A stretch of 64,000 bases of DNA from Deltaproteobacteria bacterium (GCA_016208235.1 JACQYN010000118.1:11891-75890); one strand, 5' to 3'. Positions 45,429-55,058 are shown, numbered from the stretch's first letter. Translations and numbers: made by a program. The notes: generated by a model from the letters alone, not told the origin.

Positions 45429-46802
45429 ATGGTGAAAAAAACCTACCACTTCATCGGCGTCGGCGGGATCGGCATGAGCGGGTTGGCCGAGATCTTGGTG
45501 CGGCGCGGGCAGCGGGTTAGCGGCTCCGATCTGGCGGCCAATGCCATCACCGCGCGGCTGGAGACCCTGGGGGTCCGGTTTCGTCAGGGCCATCAGCCGG
45601 AGCACCTGGGGGAGGCCGAAGTGGTAGTCCACTCCACCGCGGTGAAGGAAGACAACCCGGAGCTGGCCGCGGCCCGGGCTAAGGGCCTCACGGTTCTGCG
45701 CCGGGGGGAGATGCTGGCCCGCTTGATGGTCGGCCATTTCCAGATCGCGGTCACCGGCGCGCACGGCAAGACCTCTACCACCGCCATGGTGGCCTCCATT
45801 CTTAGGGCCGGGGGCCTGGACCCCACGGTGTTGGTGGGCGCCTTGTGGGACAGCCTGGGCTCCAACGCGGTCCTGGGCCGGGGGGAATTTTTTGTAACCG
45901 AGGCGGATGAAAGCGACGGCTCCTTTGCTTATCTTCAGCCCCAGATCACGGTGATCACCAACCTGGACCGGGAGCACCTGGATTATTACCGGGATCTGGC
46001 CCATATCCAGGAGGTCTTTGCCCGTTACCTGGCGGAACTCCCGCCGGGCTCCCGGGTGGTGGCCTGGCGGGACGACCCCCATTTGGCTCCTGTTCTCCAG
46101 GGAACGCCCCATCCCTTGGTGACCTACAGCCTTCACCCCGGTGCTGATTTCTGGGCCACGGAGATCCAAGCCCAGGAACTGGGCACCAGCTTTCATCTGT
46201 TTCATCGGGACCAAGACCTGGGGCAAGTGACTCTGCCTTTAACCGGCAAACACTACGTGCTCAACGCCATGGCCGCGTGCGCGGTGGCCCACTCCCTGGG
46301 GCTGGATTTTTCGGTGTGGCGGCAGGGGCTGAAAGAATTGGGGCAGATTCACCGGCGCTGCCAGCCCAAGGGCGAGGCCCAAGGCATCCTGGTGATGGAC
46401 GACTACGGCCATCACCCCACGGAGATCAACACCACCATTAATGCCCTGGCCCAGGCCTTCCCGGAGCGGCGATTAGTGGTCGCTTTCCAGCCCCACCGCT
46501 ACAGCCGCACCCAGGCCCTGCTGCCGGATTTTTTCCCGGTCTTCGGCCAGGCGGAAATGGTCTTTGTCACCGAGATTTACGCGGCTGGGGAGAATCGGCT
46601 TAATGGGGTCACGGGCCGGGCCATTTATGAAGGCATCCGCCATACCGGCCACCCCTCCGTGCATTTCGTGGGGGAAAAAGCCGCGACCGCGGACATTATC
46701 CTGGACCACCTACTCCCCGGGGACCTGGTCCTCACCCTGGGCGCGGGCGACATCTGGAAAACCGGGGAAGAGTTATTGGCGCGGCTGGCGGGAGAAAAGT
46801 AA
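45429..46802 (+). CDS. murC: UDP-MurNAc:L-Ala ligase
   Basis: HFIGVGGIGMSGLAEIL, VTGAHGKTSTT and DDYGHHPTEI motifs. Confidence 0.95.
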   Translation: MVKKTYHFIGVGGIGMSGLAEILVRRGQRVSGSDLAANAITARLETLGVRFRQGHQPEHLGEAEVVVHSTAVKEDNPELAAARAKGLTVLRRGEMLARLMVGHFQIAVTGAHGKTSTTAMVASILRAGGLDPTVLVGALWDSLGSNAVLGRGEFFVTEADESDGSFAYLQPQITVITNLDREHLDYYRDLAHIQEVFARYLAELPPGSRVVAWRDDPHLAPVLQGTPHPLVTYSLHPGADFWATEIQAQELGTSFHLFHRDQDLGQVTLPLTGKHYVLNAMAACAVAHSLGLDFSVWRQGLKELGQIHRRCQPKGEAQGILVMDDYGHHPTEINTTINALAQAFPERRLVVAFQPHRYSRTQALLPDFFPVFGQAEMVFVTEIYAAGENRLNGVTGRAIYEGIRHTGHPSVHFVGEKAATADIILDHLLPGDLVLTLGAGDIWKTGEELLARLAGEK

Positions 46803-47683
46803 TGGCGTGGAGATCTTCCAACCTGAAGCCCCAACGCCCGGACAAGAAAGAAGCGCGTCTCCGCCGCAAACGCAACAACTACCGCCGCCGCAGTGAAAAG
46901 GAACCCCGCAAGTATTGGGGCTGGGTGGCATTTTTCTCCTTTGGTTTTTTGACCCTGGCCGGTCTGGGCCTGGGGCTGGCGCTACTCTATTATCAGGTCT
47001 TGACCTCGAACCTCTTTTTCATTAAAGATATTAAAAATATTGAGCTCACGGGCCTAACGCGGCTCCAACCGGAACTTATCCTTGAACTGGCCAAACTCGG
47101 TCCCGGCACCAATCTCCTGGCTCTGAAGCCCGTCCAGGCGGAACACGCCCTGGAAACCCACCCCTGGATCGCCCGGGCTACCCTGACGCGCAAGTGGCCC
47201 CAGCGAGTGCACCTCCACATCCAGGAACGGGAACCCACGGCCCTGGTGCAGGTGGGAGAGCTGTATTACGTGGATCAGCGGGGCCAGCTGTTTAAACCCC
47301 TGTCCCCCGGCGACCCCCATGATTTTCCCATCATCACCGGTTTGCCCCGGGAGTTCTTCTCCCCCAAAGAAGGGGCCCTGCCGGAGACCATGGCCCGTAT
47401 CAGTCAATTAATGGATCTACTTAAGAAGGCGCCACCCCCCCTCGGCCTGGAGAACATCTCCGAGATCCACGTGGACCTGGAGCGGGGACTCACCCTTTAT
47501 GCCAATGGCCTGGGGGCGGGCGTGGACCTGGGCCGGGATCTTTATCAGGAAAAATTGCAGCGGCTGGCCCTGGCCTGGCCCGTCATCACCCAAAAGGGCT
47601 ATTTGCCCCGGGCCGCCCGCATTAATCTAGACTATCCCCAAAAGGTGCTTTTAACCCTCAAGGGGACGGAAGAACTTGAATAG
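46802..47683 (+). CDS. ftsQ: cell division protein FtsQ
   Basis: Basic N-terminus, single TM helix, POTRA-like region (IKNIELTGLTRL) and FtsQ-type C-terminal domain. Lies between murC and ftsA. Confidence 0.85.
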   Translation: MAWRSSNLKPQRPDKKEARLRRKRNNYRRRSEKEPRKYWGWVAFFSFGFLTLAGLGLGLALLYYQVLTSNLFFIKDIKNIELTGLTRLQPELILELAKLGPGTNLLALKPVQAEHALETHPWIARATLTRKWPQRVHLHIQEREPTALVQVGELYYVDQRGQLFKPLSPGDPHDFPIITGLPREFFSPKEGALPETMARISQLMDLLKKAPPPLGLENISEIHVDLERGLTLYANGLGAGVDLGRDLYQEKLQRLALAWPVITQKGYLPRAARINLDYPQKVLLTLKGTEELE

Positions 47684-48932
47684 GATCAGCAAAGTGCCAC
47701 AAGACTTAATCGTTGGTTTGGACATCGGCACCACTAAGATCTGCGCGGTGGTGGGGGAAGTGCGGGACCGGCAGGTGGAGATCGTGGGGCTGGGCAGCGC
47801 CCCCACCGCCGGGGGGATGCGCAAAGGAGTGGTGGTTAACATCGAAAACACCGTCCGTTCCATCCGCCGAGCTATAGAAGAGGCGGAAACCATGGCGGGC
47901 TGCGAAATCCGTTCGGTTTTTGCCGGGGTGGGAGGCGGCCAGACCAAGGGCTTCAACAGCCACGGGATCATCGCCATCAAGGACCGGGAAGTGAGCCAGG
48001 CCGACGTGGAGCGGGTCATCGACGCGGCCCGCACCATCGCCATTCCCTCGGACCGGGAAGTGATCCACACCCTGGTCCAGGATTTCATGATCGACGGCCA
48101 GGACGGCATTAAGGACCCCATCGGCATCCACGGCGTGCGCTTGGAGTGCAAGGTGCACATCGTCACCGGCGCGGTGACCGCCCTGAACAACATCATCAAG
48201 TGCGCCAACCGGGCCGGATTGGAAGTGAGCGGCATCGCCTTGCAAAGCCTGGCCTCCGGTGAGGCGGTGCTCACCGAGGAGGAAAAGGAACTGGGGGTGG
48301 CATTGGTGGATTTCGGGGGCGGCACCACGGATCTGGCCATCTTCTCCGAAAACGCCTTGCGCTATAATTTCGTCCTGCCCGTGGGGGGCAACAACCTCAC
48401 CAACGACATCGCCATCGGGTTGCCCTCCTCCCTGCAAAACGCCGAACAGTTGAAGAGAAACTACGGTTGCTGCCTCAATGTCCTGGCCGACCCCCAGGAA
48501 CAGGTGGAAGTGCCGGGTCTGGGCGGGCGGAAAGCCCGCAGTCTGCCCCGAGGGCGCCTGTCGGAAATCGTCCATATGCGGGTGGCGGAAATCCTTAATT
48601 ACGTTGCCAAAGAGATCAACCGGGCCGGGTTCGCCAACCCCCTGATTTCCGGGGCGGTCCTCACCGGGGGCACTGCCCTGGTGGAAGGCCTGCCGGAATT
48701 GGCCGAAGAAATTTTTAATTTGCCCACCCGCCGGGGCTATCCCATGGGCGTGGGCGGCCTTACCGACATTATTCACGACCCGGCCTATGCCACCGGCGTG
48801 GGGTTGATCCTTCACGCCCATCGCACGCAACAGACCCAGCAGCGTCACCGCGGCCGCGCCGGCCGCCATCGCGGGGGCTCCGGCGCCGGTTTTTGGTCTC
48901 GTGTAAGAAATTGGTTGCGCGAGGTGGTTTGA
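47676..48932 (+). CDS. ftsA: cell division protein FtsA
   Basis: GLDIGTTKICAVVGE, actin-like fold motifs (VDFGGGTTDLAIF), and a basic/amphipathic C-terminus. The start is either TTG 47676 or GTG ~47694. Confidence 0.95.
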   Translation: MNRISKVPQDLIVGLDIGTTKICAVVGEVRDRQVEIVGLGSAPTAGGMRKGVVVNIENTVRSIRRAIEEAETMAGCEIRSVFAGVGGGQTKGFNSHGIIAIKDREVSQADVERVIDAARTIAIPSDREVIHTLVQDFMIDGQDGIKDPIGIHGVRLECKVHIVTGAVTALNNIIKCANRAGLEVSGIALQSLASGEAVLTEEEKELGVALVDFGGGTTDLAIFSENALRYNFVLPVGGNNLTNDIAIGLPSSLQNAEQLKRNYGCCLNVLADPQEQVEVPGLGGRKARSLPRGRLSEIVHMRVAEILNYVAKEINRAGFANPLISGAVLTGGTALVEGLPELAEEIFNLPTRRGYPMGVGGLTDIIHDPAYATGVGLILHAHRTQQTQQRHRGRAGRHRGGSGAGFWSRVRNWLREVV

Positions 48933-49416
48933 TTTTCAGAAAAGTGGCTAACCTCAATTACTCAGCAACAATTGCTTGAAATCGGCTTAACTATAGGCCC
49001 AAAACCATAATCTAAAATTTAAAGAATTTCATTTTAGATTTCAGCAGATAGCTTTTTTTGCACTCTTTTTTTCTGGACCCCTATGAAAATCGATGTTATT
49101 TCCAGGAAACGGGAGATTGGCCACAGACCAGGCGCTTTTCCCCCCACATGGCCCAGAGCCGGGGATAACTTACTTTAACTAATCGTTAAATTAATTTAAT
49201 CATTATGTCTGTAAAATTTCTGAAAACGTCAACGTTGGAGGGCTTCAAGGGAGCCCCGGGGCAGAGCCGGGGTAATCTAAATTTGGCTTCACCCCCTTTG
49301 ACCGGGCTGGAGGGGGGAGGCTAATATATTCCTAACTAGAATGCGCGTCGTGCCCTTCCCGTATGGCCTTGTCCGCGGGGAAATGCCCGGTAATATGCTG
49401 CAAGGGGGTGGTGGGT

Positions 49417-50619
49417 ATGAAAATACAATTAGTCACCAATGAATTATCGGCTAAAATCAAGGTGTTAGGAGTCGGCGGAGCCGGCGGCAATGCCATCAAC
49501 GACATGATCGCCTCCCAGATGGCGGGGGTGGATTTCATGGCCGCCAATACCGATTCCCAGGCCCTGGAACGCAGCCTGGCCTCGGTTAAAATCCATTTGG
49601 GTCCCACGGTGACCCGGGGGTTGGGAGCCGGAGGCGATCCGGAGATGGGCCGCAATGCCACCCTGGAGGAAAGCGAACGCATTAAGCAGGTCCTCCAAGG
49701 CGCGGACATGGTGTTCATTGCCGCGGGCATGGGCGGCGGCACCGGCACCGGCGGGGCGCCGGTGATCGCCGAACTCAGCCGGGAGTTGGGCGCGCTCACC
49801 GTGGCGGTGGTGAGCAAGCCCTTCGACTTCGAAGGCAAGATGAAAAAACGTCTGGCCGATTCCGGCATCGAAGAGCTGCGCAAGGTGGTGGACACCATCA
49901 TCACCATCCCCAACGATCAGCTCTTCAAACTGAGTTCCAAAAACTCCCGCATCAAAGACGTCTTCGCCATGGCCAACGAAGTTCTGGGCTTTGCCGTGCG
50001 GGGCATCTCCGATCTGATCATGGTGCCCGGCTTCGTCAACCTGGACTTCGCGGACGTGCGCACCATCATGCGGGAACGGGGTATGGCCCTCATGGGCACC
50101 GGCATCTCCGGCGGCGCCAACCGCGCCTGCGAGGCCGCCCAGAAAGCCATCTCCAGCCCTCTGCTGGAGGACATCTCCATCCGAGGGGCCCGGGGGATTC
50201 TCATCAACATCACCTCCACCCCGGACATCTCCATGGACGAACTGAAGGAAATTTGCGGCATCATCCAGGAAGAAGCGGACGAAGAAGCCATCATCAAATG
50301 GGGCCTGGTTTACGACGAGAGCCTGGCCGAAGAGATCCGGGTCACAGTCATCGCCACCGGTCTGGGCAAGCGCGCAGAAGCTGAAAGAGTCATCTGGTCC
50401 CCGCCGGTCACTACCCAGGCCGAGATGGAAGACCTGGAAATTCCCACCATCCTACGGAAACCCACGGAAATGCAGGGCATGGCCGCGGAAGGGCACCAGC
50501 CTGGAAGGCCTTCCCCCAACCTGGGGGTGGTGGCCGCCAAGAAGTACATCGTTCATCCCGACCTCCAATACGAGGAAAACGAACTGGACACCCCTCCTTT
50601 TTTGAGAAGGGCTGATTAA
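49417..50619 (+). CDS. ftsZ: cell division GTPase FtsZ
   Basis: Start trimmed to ATG 49417. GVGGAGGNAIN, tubulin signature GGGTGTGGAPVIA, NDQL, and C-terminal conserved peptide DTPPFLRR. Confidence 0.95.
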   Translation: MKIQLVTNELSAKIKVLGVGGAGGNAINDMIASQMAGVDFMAANTDSQALERSLASVKIHLGPTVTRGLGAGGDPEMGRNATLEESERIKQVLQGADMVFIAAGMGGGTGTGGAPVIAELSRELGALTVAVVSKPFDFEGKMKKRLADSGIEELRKVVDTIITIPNDQLFKLSSKNSRIKDVFAMANEVLGFAVRGISDLIMVPGFVNLDFADVRTIMRERGMALMGTGISGGANRACEAAQKAISSPLLEDISIRGARGILINITSTPDISMDELKEICGIIQEEADEEAIIKWGLVYDESLAEEIRVTVIATGLGKRAEAERVIWSPPVTTQAEMEDLEIPTILRKPTEMQGMAAEGHQPGRPSPNLGVVAAKKYIVHPDLQYEENELDTPPFLRRAD

Positions 50620-50622
50620 AAT

Positions 50623-50648
50623 ACGGTTTTCAGTTTTCGGTTTTCGGT
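50623..50648. repeat. (GTTTTCG)n array abutting the ftsZ stop
   Basis: gattaaaat-acggttttcagttttcggttttcggt. The ftsZ TAA lies inside the conserved TTAAAATAC flank. Confidence 0.9.
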
Positions 50649-50649
50649 G

Positions 50650-50682
50650 GGGGCGTGATTTTGTCACGCCCCTTGCTTTTTT
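50650..50682 (+). terminator. rho-independent terminator after ftsZ
   Basis: GGGGCGTGA-TTTTG-TCACGCCCC stem-loop followed by TTGCTTTTTT. Confidence 0.75.
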
Positions 50683-50720
50683 AAGGCAAATCATTAAGTT
50701 ACAATATCAAACTATTGCTT

Positions 50721-50830
50721 ATACCAAGAAATTGTAGGGGCGGACCCGCGTGTCCGCCCTTGGGTGGGCGCACACACATGGGTGCGCCCCTACAACAGAT
50801 AATTCTAGTTTTTTGACGGCAACTTGGTAT
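50721..50830. mobile_element. second copy of the ATACCAAG...CTTGGTAT element, flanked by a 19-bp direct repeat
   Basis: Core tgtaggggcggacccgcgtgtccgccc..gggcgcacacacatgggtgcgcccctaca. Flanks tacaatatcaaactattgc (50700-18) and tacaatatcaaactactgc (50831-49). Confidence 0.6.
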
Positions 50831-51044
50831 TACAATATCAAACTACTGCCAGTTAGGAGGTTGCGCCCTGCGCACCAGTTAAGTTGCCGACTTTTCATAA
50901 TTTAAGGGTGAGTCGAAGGCTCATGTTCAAATGCTTGGGCAAAATGGATGCGCGTGGCATAATAAATAATGGAATTGTGGGGACGGTTTAAAACCGCCCC
51001 TCTTTGGTTCGCAAATCGCAGGATTATCCTCAAAAAGCTATTCC

Positions 51045-52787
51045 ATGTCCGCCAAGATCAAGGCACGCCTGAAAAAGCTACTGTCCCAGGAAAAAGGCGC
51101 ACATGCGCGGGAGTGGGGCGCGCGCTGGCCCGTGGCCCTGGTTTACCCCCACATCTATCCCGTAGCCATGGGCAACCTGGGGTTTCAGGTGATTTACCAC
51201 CTGCTCAACTCCCAGACCGGTTTGGTCTGTGAGCGGGCCTTCCTGCCCGGACCCCAGGAGTGGGAGGAGCACCGGCGCACCGGCACCCCTGTACTTTCCC
51301 TTGAATCCCAGCGGCCCCTCACCGATTTTGCCGCGGTGGCGTTTTCCATCTCTTTTGAGGGCGATTATCCCCAGGTCCTGCAAATTCTGGAAGGAGCGCG
51401 GATTCCCTTATTGGCCAGGGATAGAGGCCCCGGCGACCCCCTGATCCTGGCCGGAGGCGTGGCCACCTTCCTCAATCCCGAACCCTTGGCCCTTTTTGTG
51501 GACGCCTTTTTCCTGGGGGAGGGGGAGGCCGGTGCGGTTGATTTTTTTCAATTCCTGGCGGAAGCGAGCGGCGCCCGTGAGAGAAAAGAATTGCTCCGGG
51601 AACTGGCCCAGGCGGTCCCCGGCGTCTATGTCCCTCAAGGTTATCAGCCCCACTACTCCGGGGACGGCTCCCTATCCGCATTCACGCCGGAGGCCGGTTA
51701 TCCCCCCCGGGTGAGGCCGCCCCATCTCCCCGAACTGGCCCCCTACCCTACCCACAGCCACCTCCTGGCGCCCCAGAGCGAATGGGGGGAGATGTTCCTG
51801 GTGGAGACCGGCCGGGGCTGCTCCCGGGGTTGCCGTTTTTGCGCCGCGGGTTTCATCTACCGCCCGCCCCGGGAGAGAGCCGCGGAGTCTTTATACCCCC
51901 AAATTTTGGAGGGCTTACAAAATTCCCGGAAAGTCGGTCTGTTGGGCGCCGCGGTCTCCGATCACCCCGGGGTTAAGGATTTGTGCCGCAAGGTCCTGGA
52001 CGCGGGCGGGGACCTGGGTATCAGTTCTTTAAGGGCCGATTCCGTGGATGAAGAACTCTTCCGGCTGCTGGCCCAAGGGGGGGTGCGCACCCTGGCCTTG
52101 GCCCCGGACGCGGGCAGCGAACGTCTGCGCCAGGTCCTGAACAAGGGCCTTACCCAAGAAGACCTGGCCCAGGCCGCCATCGCTCTTAATGCCGCGGGTA
52201 TCTCCCAGATGCGCCTCTATTTCATGGTGGGCCTCCCCACCGAAACCCTGGAGGACGTGGAGGAGATCCCCCGCCTGGTGAAGCACCTGGAACACCGGGT
52301 AATCAAGGACTCCCGGGGCAAAAAGCGCCTGGGCCAGATCACCCTCAGCCTCTCCTCCTTTGTGCCCAAGCCCTTCACTCCCTTCCAATGGACCCCCTTT
52401 TTAGAGGTGGGGGAGTTGAAAAAGCGCCTGAAACTGGTGCGCCAGGGGCTCCAGGGGATGAAAGAGGTGCGGGTGAACACGGACCTCCCCAAATGGGCCT
52501 ATGTCCAGGCCCTTTTGTCCCGGGGCGACCGGCGGGTGGGGGACCTGCTCCTGGCCGCGCACCGCACCAACTGGACCCGGGCCTTCCGGGAAAGCCCCGT
52601 CAACCCGGACTTCTTCACCCTCCGGGAACGCCTCCAGCACGAACTCTTCCCCTGGGACTTCATCGACCACGGCCTGAATAAAGAATACCTGTGGGAGGAA
52701 TACCAAAAGGCCCTGGCCGGGGAGGAGACCCCCCCCTGCCGCCCGGAAATCTGCACCCGCTGCGGGGTTTGCGGCGGGGTGGAGTGA
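51045..52787 (+). CDS. radical SAM protein (uncharacterised large family with B12-binding-like N-terminal domain)
   Basis: 580 aa. ETGRGCSRGCRFCAAG has a CX3CX2C motif. The N-terminal domain resembles the flavodoxin/B12-like fold seen in the TIGR03960-type family (from memory). Confidence 0.8.
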   Translation: MSAKIKARLKKLLSQEKGAHAREWGARWPVALVYPHIYPVAMGNLGFQVIYHLLNSQTGLVCERAFLPGPQEWEEHRRTGTPVLSLESQRPLTDFAAVAFSISFEGDYPQVLQILEGARIPLLARDRGPGDPLILAGGVATFLNPEPLALFVDAFFLGEGEAGAVDFFQFLAEASGARERKELLRELAQAVPGVYVPQGYQPHYSGDGSLSAFTPEAGYPPRVRPPHLPELAPYPTHSHLLAPQSEWGEMFLVETGRGCSRGCRFCAAGFIYRPPRERAAESLYPQILEGLQNSRKVGLLGAAVSDHPGVKDLCRKVLDAGGDLGISSLRADSVDEELFRLLAQGGVRTLALAPDAGSERLRQVLNKGLTQEDLAQAAIALNAAGISQMRLYFMVGLPTETLEDVEEIPRLVKHLEHRVIKDSRGKKRLGQITLSLSSFVPKPFTPFQWTPFLEVGELKKRLKLVRQGLQGMKEVRVNTDLPKWAYVQALLSRGDRRVGDLLLAAHRTNWTRAFRESPVNPDFFTLRERLQHELFPWDFIDHGLNKEYLWEEYQKALAGEETPPCRPEICTRCGVCGGVE

Positions 52788-52795
52788 GGTGAGAT

Positions 52796-53176
52796 GTGGG
52801 GGAGGGGGCTAAGGGCCGGTAGCACAGGCGTCTCGCCTGTGGACCTTAGCCCCCTTCCCCTATACCCGCCACAGGCGCTAACTTAAACAATATTTGTCAT
52901 TCTGAACGGAGCGAAGCGGAGTGAAGAATCTCTAATTTTCCTACGAAATGAGAGATTCTTCGCTGCGCTCAGAATGACAAAAAGCCTTATGTTAACGCTT
53001 ATGCCCACACCCCCTCCCCCAATCCCATAAGCTTTGGTGGCACAGGCTTCCAGCCTGTGCGGTCAACTCGCTGGGTCTCCTATCTCATGCTGATTTACCT
53101 GCAAACGACATGTTCTGTAGGGGCGAACCTTGTGTTCGCCCACGATTCCCCAGGCGAACACAAGGTTCGCCCCTAC
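52796..53176. repeat. cluster of at least four different palindrome families in one spacer
   Basis: 52796-52858 (GGGGAGGGGGCTAAGG..CACAGGCG..), 52896-52978 (GTCATTCTGA core), 53038-53060 (CACAGGC hairpin), 53118-53176 (GTAGGGGCGAAC...GTTCGCCCCTAC). Confidence 0.9.
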
Positions 53177-53259
53177 GGGAACTGAGAAAAGTCTTGCCAA
53201 AATTGCCCGCATCTTCTACTAATGCTTCAAGTTTCTCAGCAACTTAGGGAGCCGAGGCC

Positions 53260-54222
53260 ATGTCCCAGGACCTGGACCAGCAGGTGAGAAAAGCGGTGGC
53301 GGATTTTTGCCGCCAAGCGCCGCGGCGATACCCGTTAGTCGCCGGAACATTAGGAATTCTCGTCATAGTCCTCATCATCTGGTTTATCCCCCACTGGCAA
53401 GTGCCGGTATCGGGCCTGTCCCTCAAGGACCGGCTGCACCAGATCAACGAAAACCGCAAGACCGTGGCCCAGATCGTGGGGGGCGTCTTTATCCTATGGG
53501 GCCTGTACATCGCCTGGGTGCGCTCCAAGGCCATGCGTGATCAGGCAGAGGTGGAACGGGAGCAGCAACTCACCGACCTCTACGTCAAGGCTATCGAGCA
53601 ACTGGGCAACGGGAACATTCATATACGCCTGGGCGGCATTTACGCCCTGGAGCGCATCGCCCGGGAATCGCCCAAAGACCACTGGACCATCATGGAGGTC
53701 CTCACCGCGTTCGTCCGGGAAAATGCTCCTCTAAGGGAAGAAGCGCCAGTGGCAAAAGCCAAGGAAGAGGAACCTGCGGCCACACCGGAAGCTGCGGAAA
53801 AAACCGCACCCCCGGCGCCCCCAGAAAAGCCCCCCACCGACATTCAGGCGGTGCTCACCGTCCTGGGCCGTACGGCTGTTGACTACGCTCAGAAGGGGGA
53901 GAAGCGGTCTCTGGATTTGACGGCCACTCATCTGGCCCAAGCCGACATGCATGAGCTCAACCTTAATGGAGTTCTTCTTAATAATGCTAATTTAAGGTTA
54001 GGATACCTTTTGGGAGCCAACTTTTGCAACGCACGTTTCGGGAATGCCAATCTCCAAAGTGCAGATCTCGAGAAGGCCAACCTCCGGGGAGCGGATTTAC
54101 GGTGGGCCAGTGGCCTTACTGCCGAGCAGTCGGCTTACGCGCTTTGGGATGAGACTACACGCTGGCCGGATGATTTTGAACCACTTCCTCCACTCCAGGC
54201 AAAGGAAGTAGAAAAGGATTAA
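53260..54222 (+). CDS. membrane-anchored pentapeptide-repeat protein
   Basis: Two N-terminal TM helices, an IRLGGIYALERIA helical region, a Pro/Glu/Ala linker, and C-terminal pentapeptide repeats (ANLRLGYLLGANFCNARFGNANLQSADLEKANLRGADLR). Confidence 0.8.
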   Translation: MSQDLDQQVRKAVADFCRQAPRRYPLVAGTLGILVIVLIIWFIPHWQVPVSGLSLKDRLHQINENRKTVAQIVGGVFILWGLYIAWVRSKAMRDQAEVEREQQLTDLYVKAIEQLGNGNIHIRLGGIYALERIARESPKDHWTIMEVLTAFVRENAPLREEAPVAKAKEEEPAATPEAAEKTAPPAPPEKPPTDIQAVLTVLGRTAVDYAQKGEKRSLDLTATHLAQADMHELNLNGVLLNNANLRLGYLLGANFCNARFGNANLQSADLEKANLRGADLRWASGLTAEQSAYALWDETTRWPDDFEPLPPLQAKEVEKD

Positions 54223-54255
54223 TTAATACGGACGGCCAATCCTGGTAATGGACCT

Positions 54256-54849
54256 GTGACCTCATCATTCTTAGAACAACTCTCCCAACCCCAACCCGAT
54301 CCCGGGGGCGGGGCCGCGGCTGCGTATGGCGGCATGTTAGCCTTGGCGCTACTGGAGAAAGTGGCGCAACTGGAGGCCCAGCGGCCCGCAAACCAAGGGG
54401 ACCGGCAGGTTTGGGAAGAAAAGTTAGAGCAGATAAAGCAATTGAGCGAGGATCTGGACCGCCTCCGGGAGGAGGACGTCCGGGCTTACGCGCAGATGGC
54501 GCAAGTTCGGGCCTCCGGCTGCCAGGGTCCGGAGTGGCAGGAGGCCATTAAATACGCCCTGGAAGTACCTCAGGAAATCATGGCCCGGGCCCGGGAAGCC
54601 CTGGGTTTGGTGGCCTGGGCCGGGGCGCGCTGTAGAAAACACCTGGTCTCCGACCTCCAGGTGGCCCGGGAGTTTCTGGGAGCCGCGCTCCTGGGGGCCT
54701 ACCACATCGCCTGGGCCAATCTCCCTCTAGTGGAGGATGAATCGCGCAGGCAAGATTTCTCCCAGCAACTTGTGCAGGCCGAGACCCAGGGCCGCCAGGC
54801 CTTCCGGGAGGCCGGGGCCACCCTGGCAGCCCGGGGATTTGCAAAATGA
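54256..54849 (+). CDS. cyclodeaminase/cyclohydrolase-family protein (FTCD C-terminal-like)
   Basis: GTG start. The PDPGGGAAAAYGGMLALAL motif is typical of the formiminotetrahydrofolate cyclodeaminase / methenyl-THF cyclohydrolase helical family. Confidence 0.7.
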   Translation: MTSSFLEQLSQPQPDPGGGAAAAYGGMLALALLEKVAQLEAQRPANQGDRQVWEEKLEQIKQLSEDLDRLREEDVRAYAQMAQVRASGCQGPEWQEAIKYALEVPQEIMARAREALGLVAWAGARCRKHLVSDLQVAREFLGAALLGAYHIAWANLPLVEDESRRQDFSQQLVQAETQGRQAFREAGATLAARGFAK

Positions 54850-55010
54850 TTTAAGAGAAAAGCGGGGGAAGGTGGAGCAAGCGCCCTCGCCTGCTCAATA
54901 ACAGCCGGGCGCCGCTGTTCCCCATTTACTCCCCTCCCCATCCCCTGTATGGGGTTGGGGGAGGGGGCAGGGGCCTAAGGCGGCTGGCCTCCTCCCCCCA
55001 GAACCCAAAC

Positions 55011-55040
55011 AAAAAAAGCCCGGCCTGAGCCGGGCTTTTC
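55011..55040. terminator. bidirectional rho-independent terminator between convergent genes
   Basis: A7 - AGCCCGGC CTGA GCCGGGCT - TTTT. Confidence 0.75.
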
Positions 55041-55058
55041 TATTCTAAAAGGTTACCG

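Noticed and set aside
45243-46226. 327-aa minus-strand ORF
   Set aside because: It is antisense to murC and to the 3' end of the 157-aa ORF. No motifs, and shadow-ORF composition.
47706-48869. 387-aa minus-strand ORF
   Set aside because: It is antisense to ftsA, with a low-complexity G/A/H/Q-rich translation.
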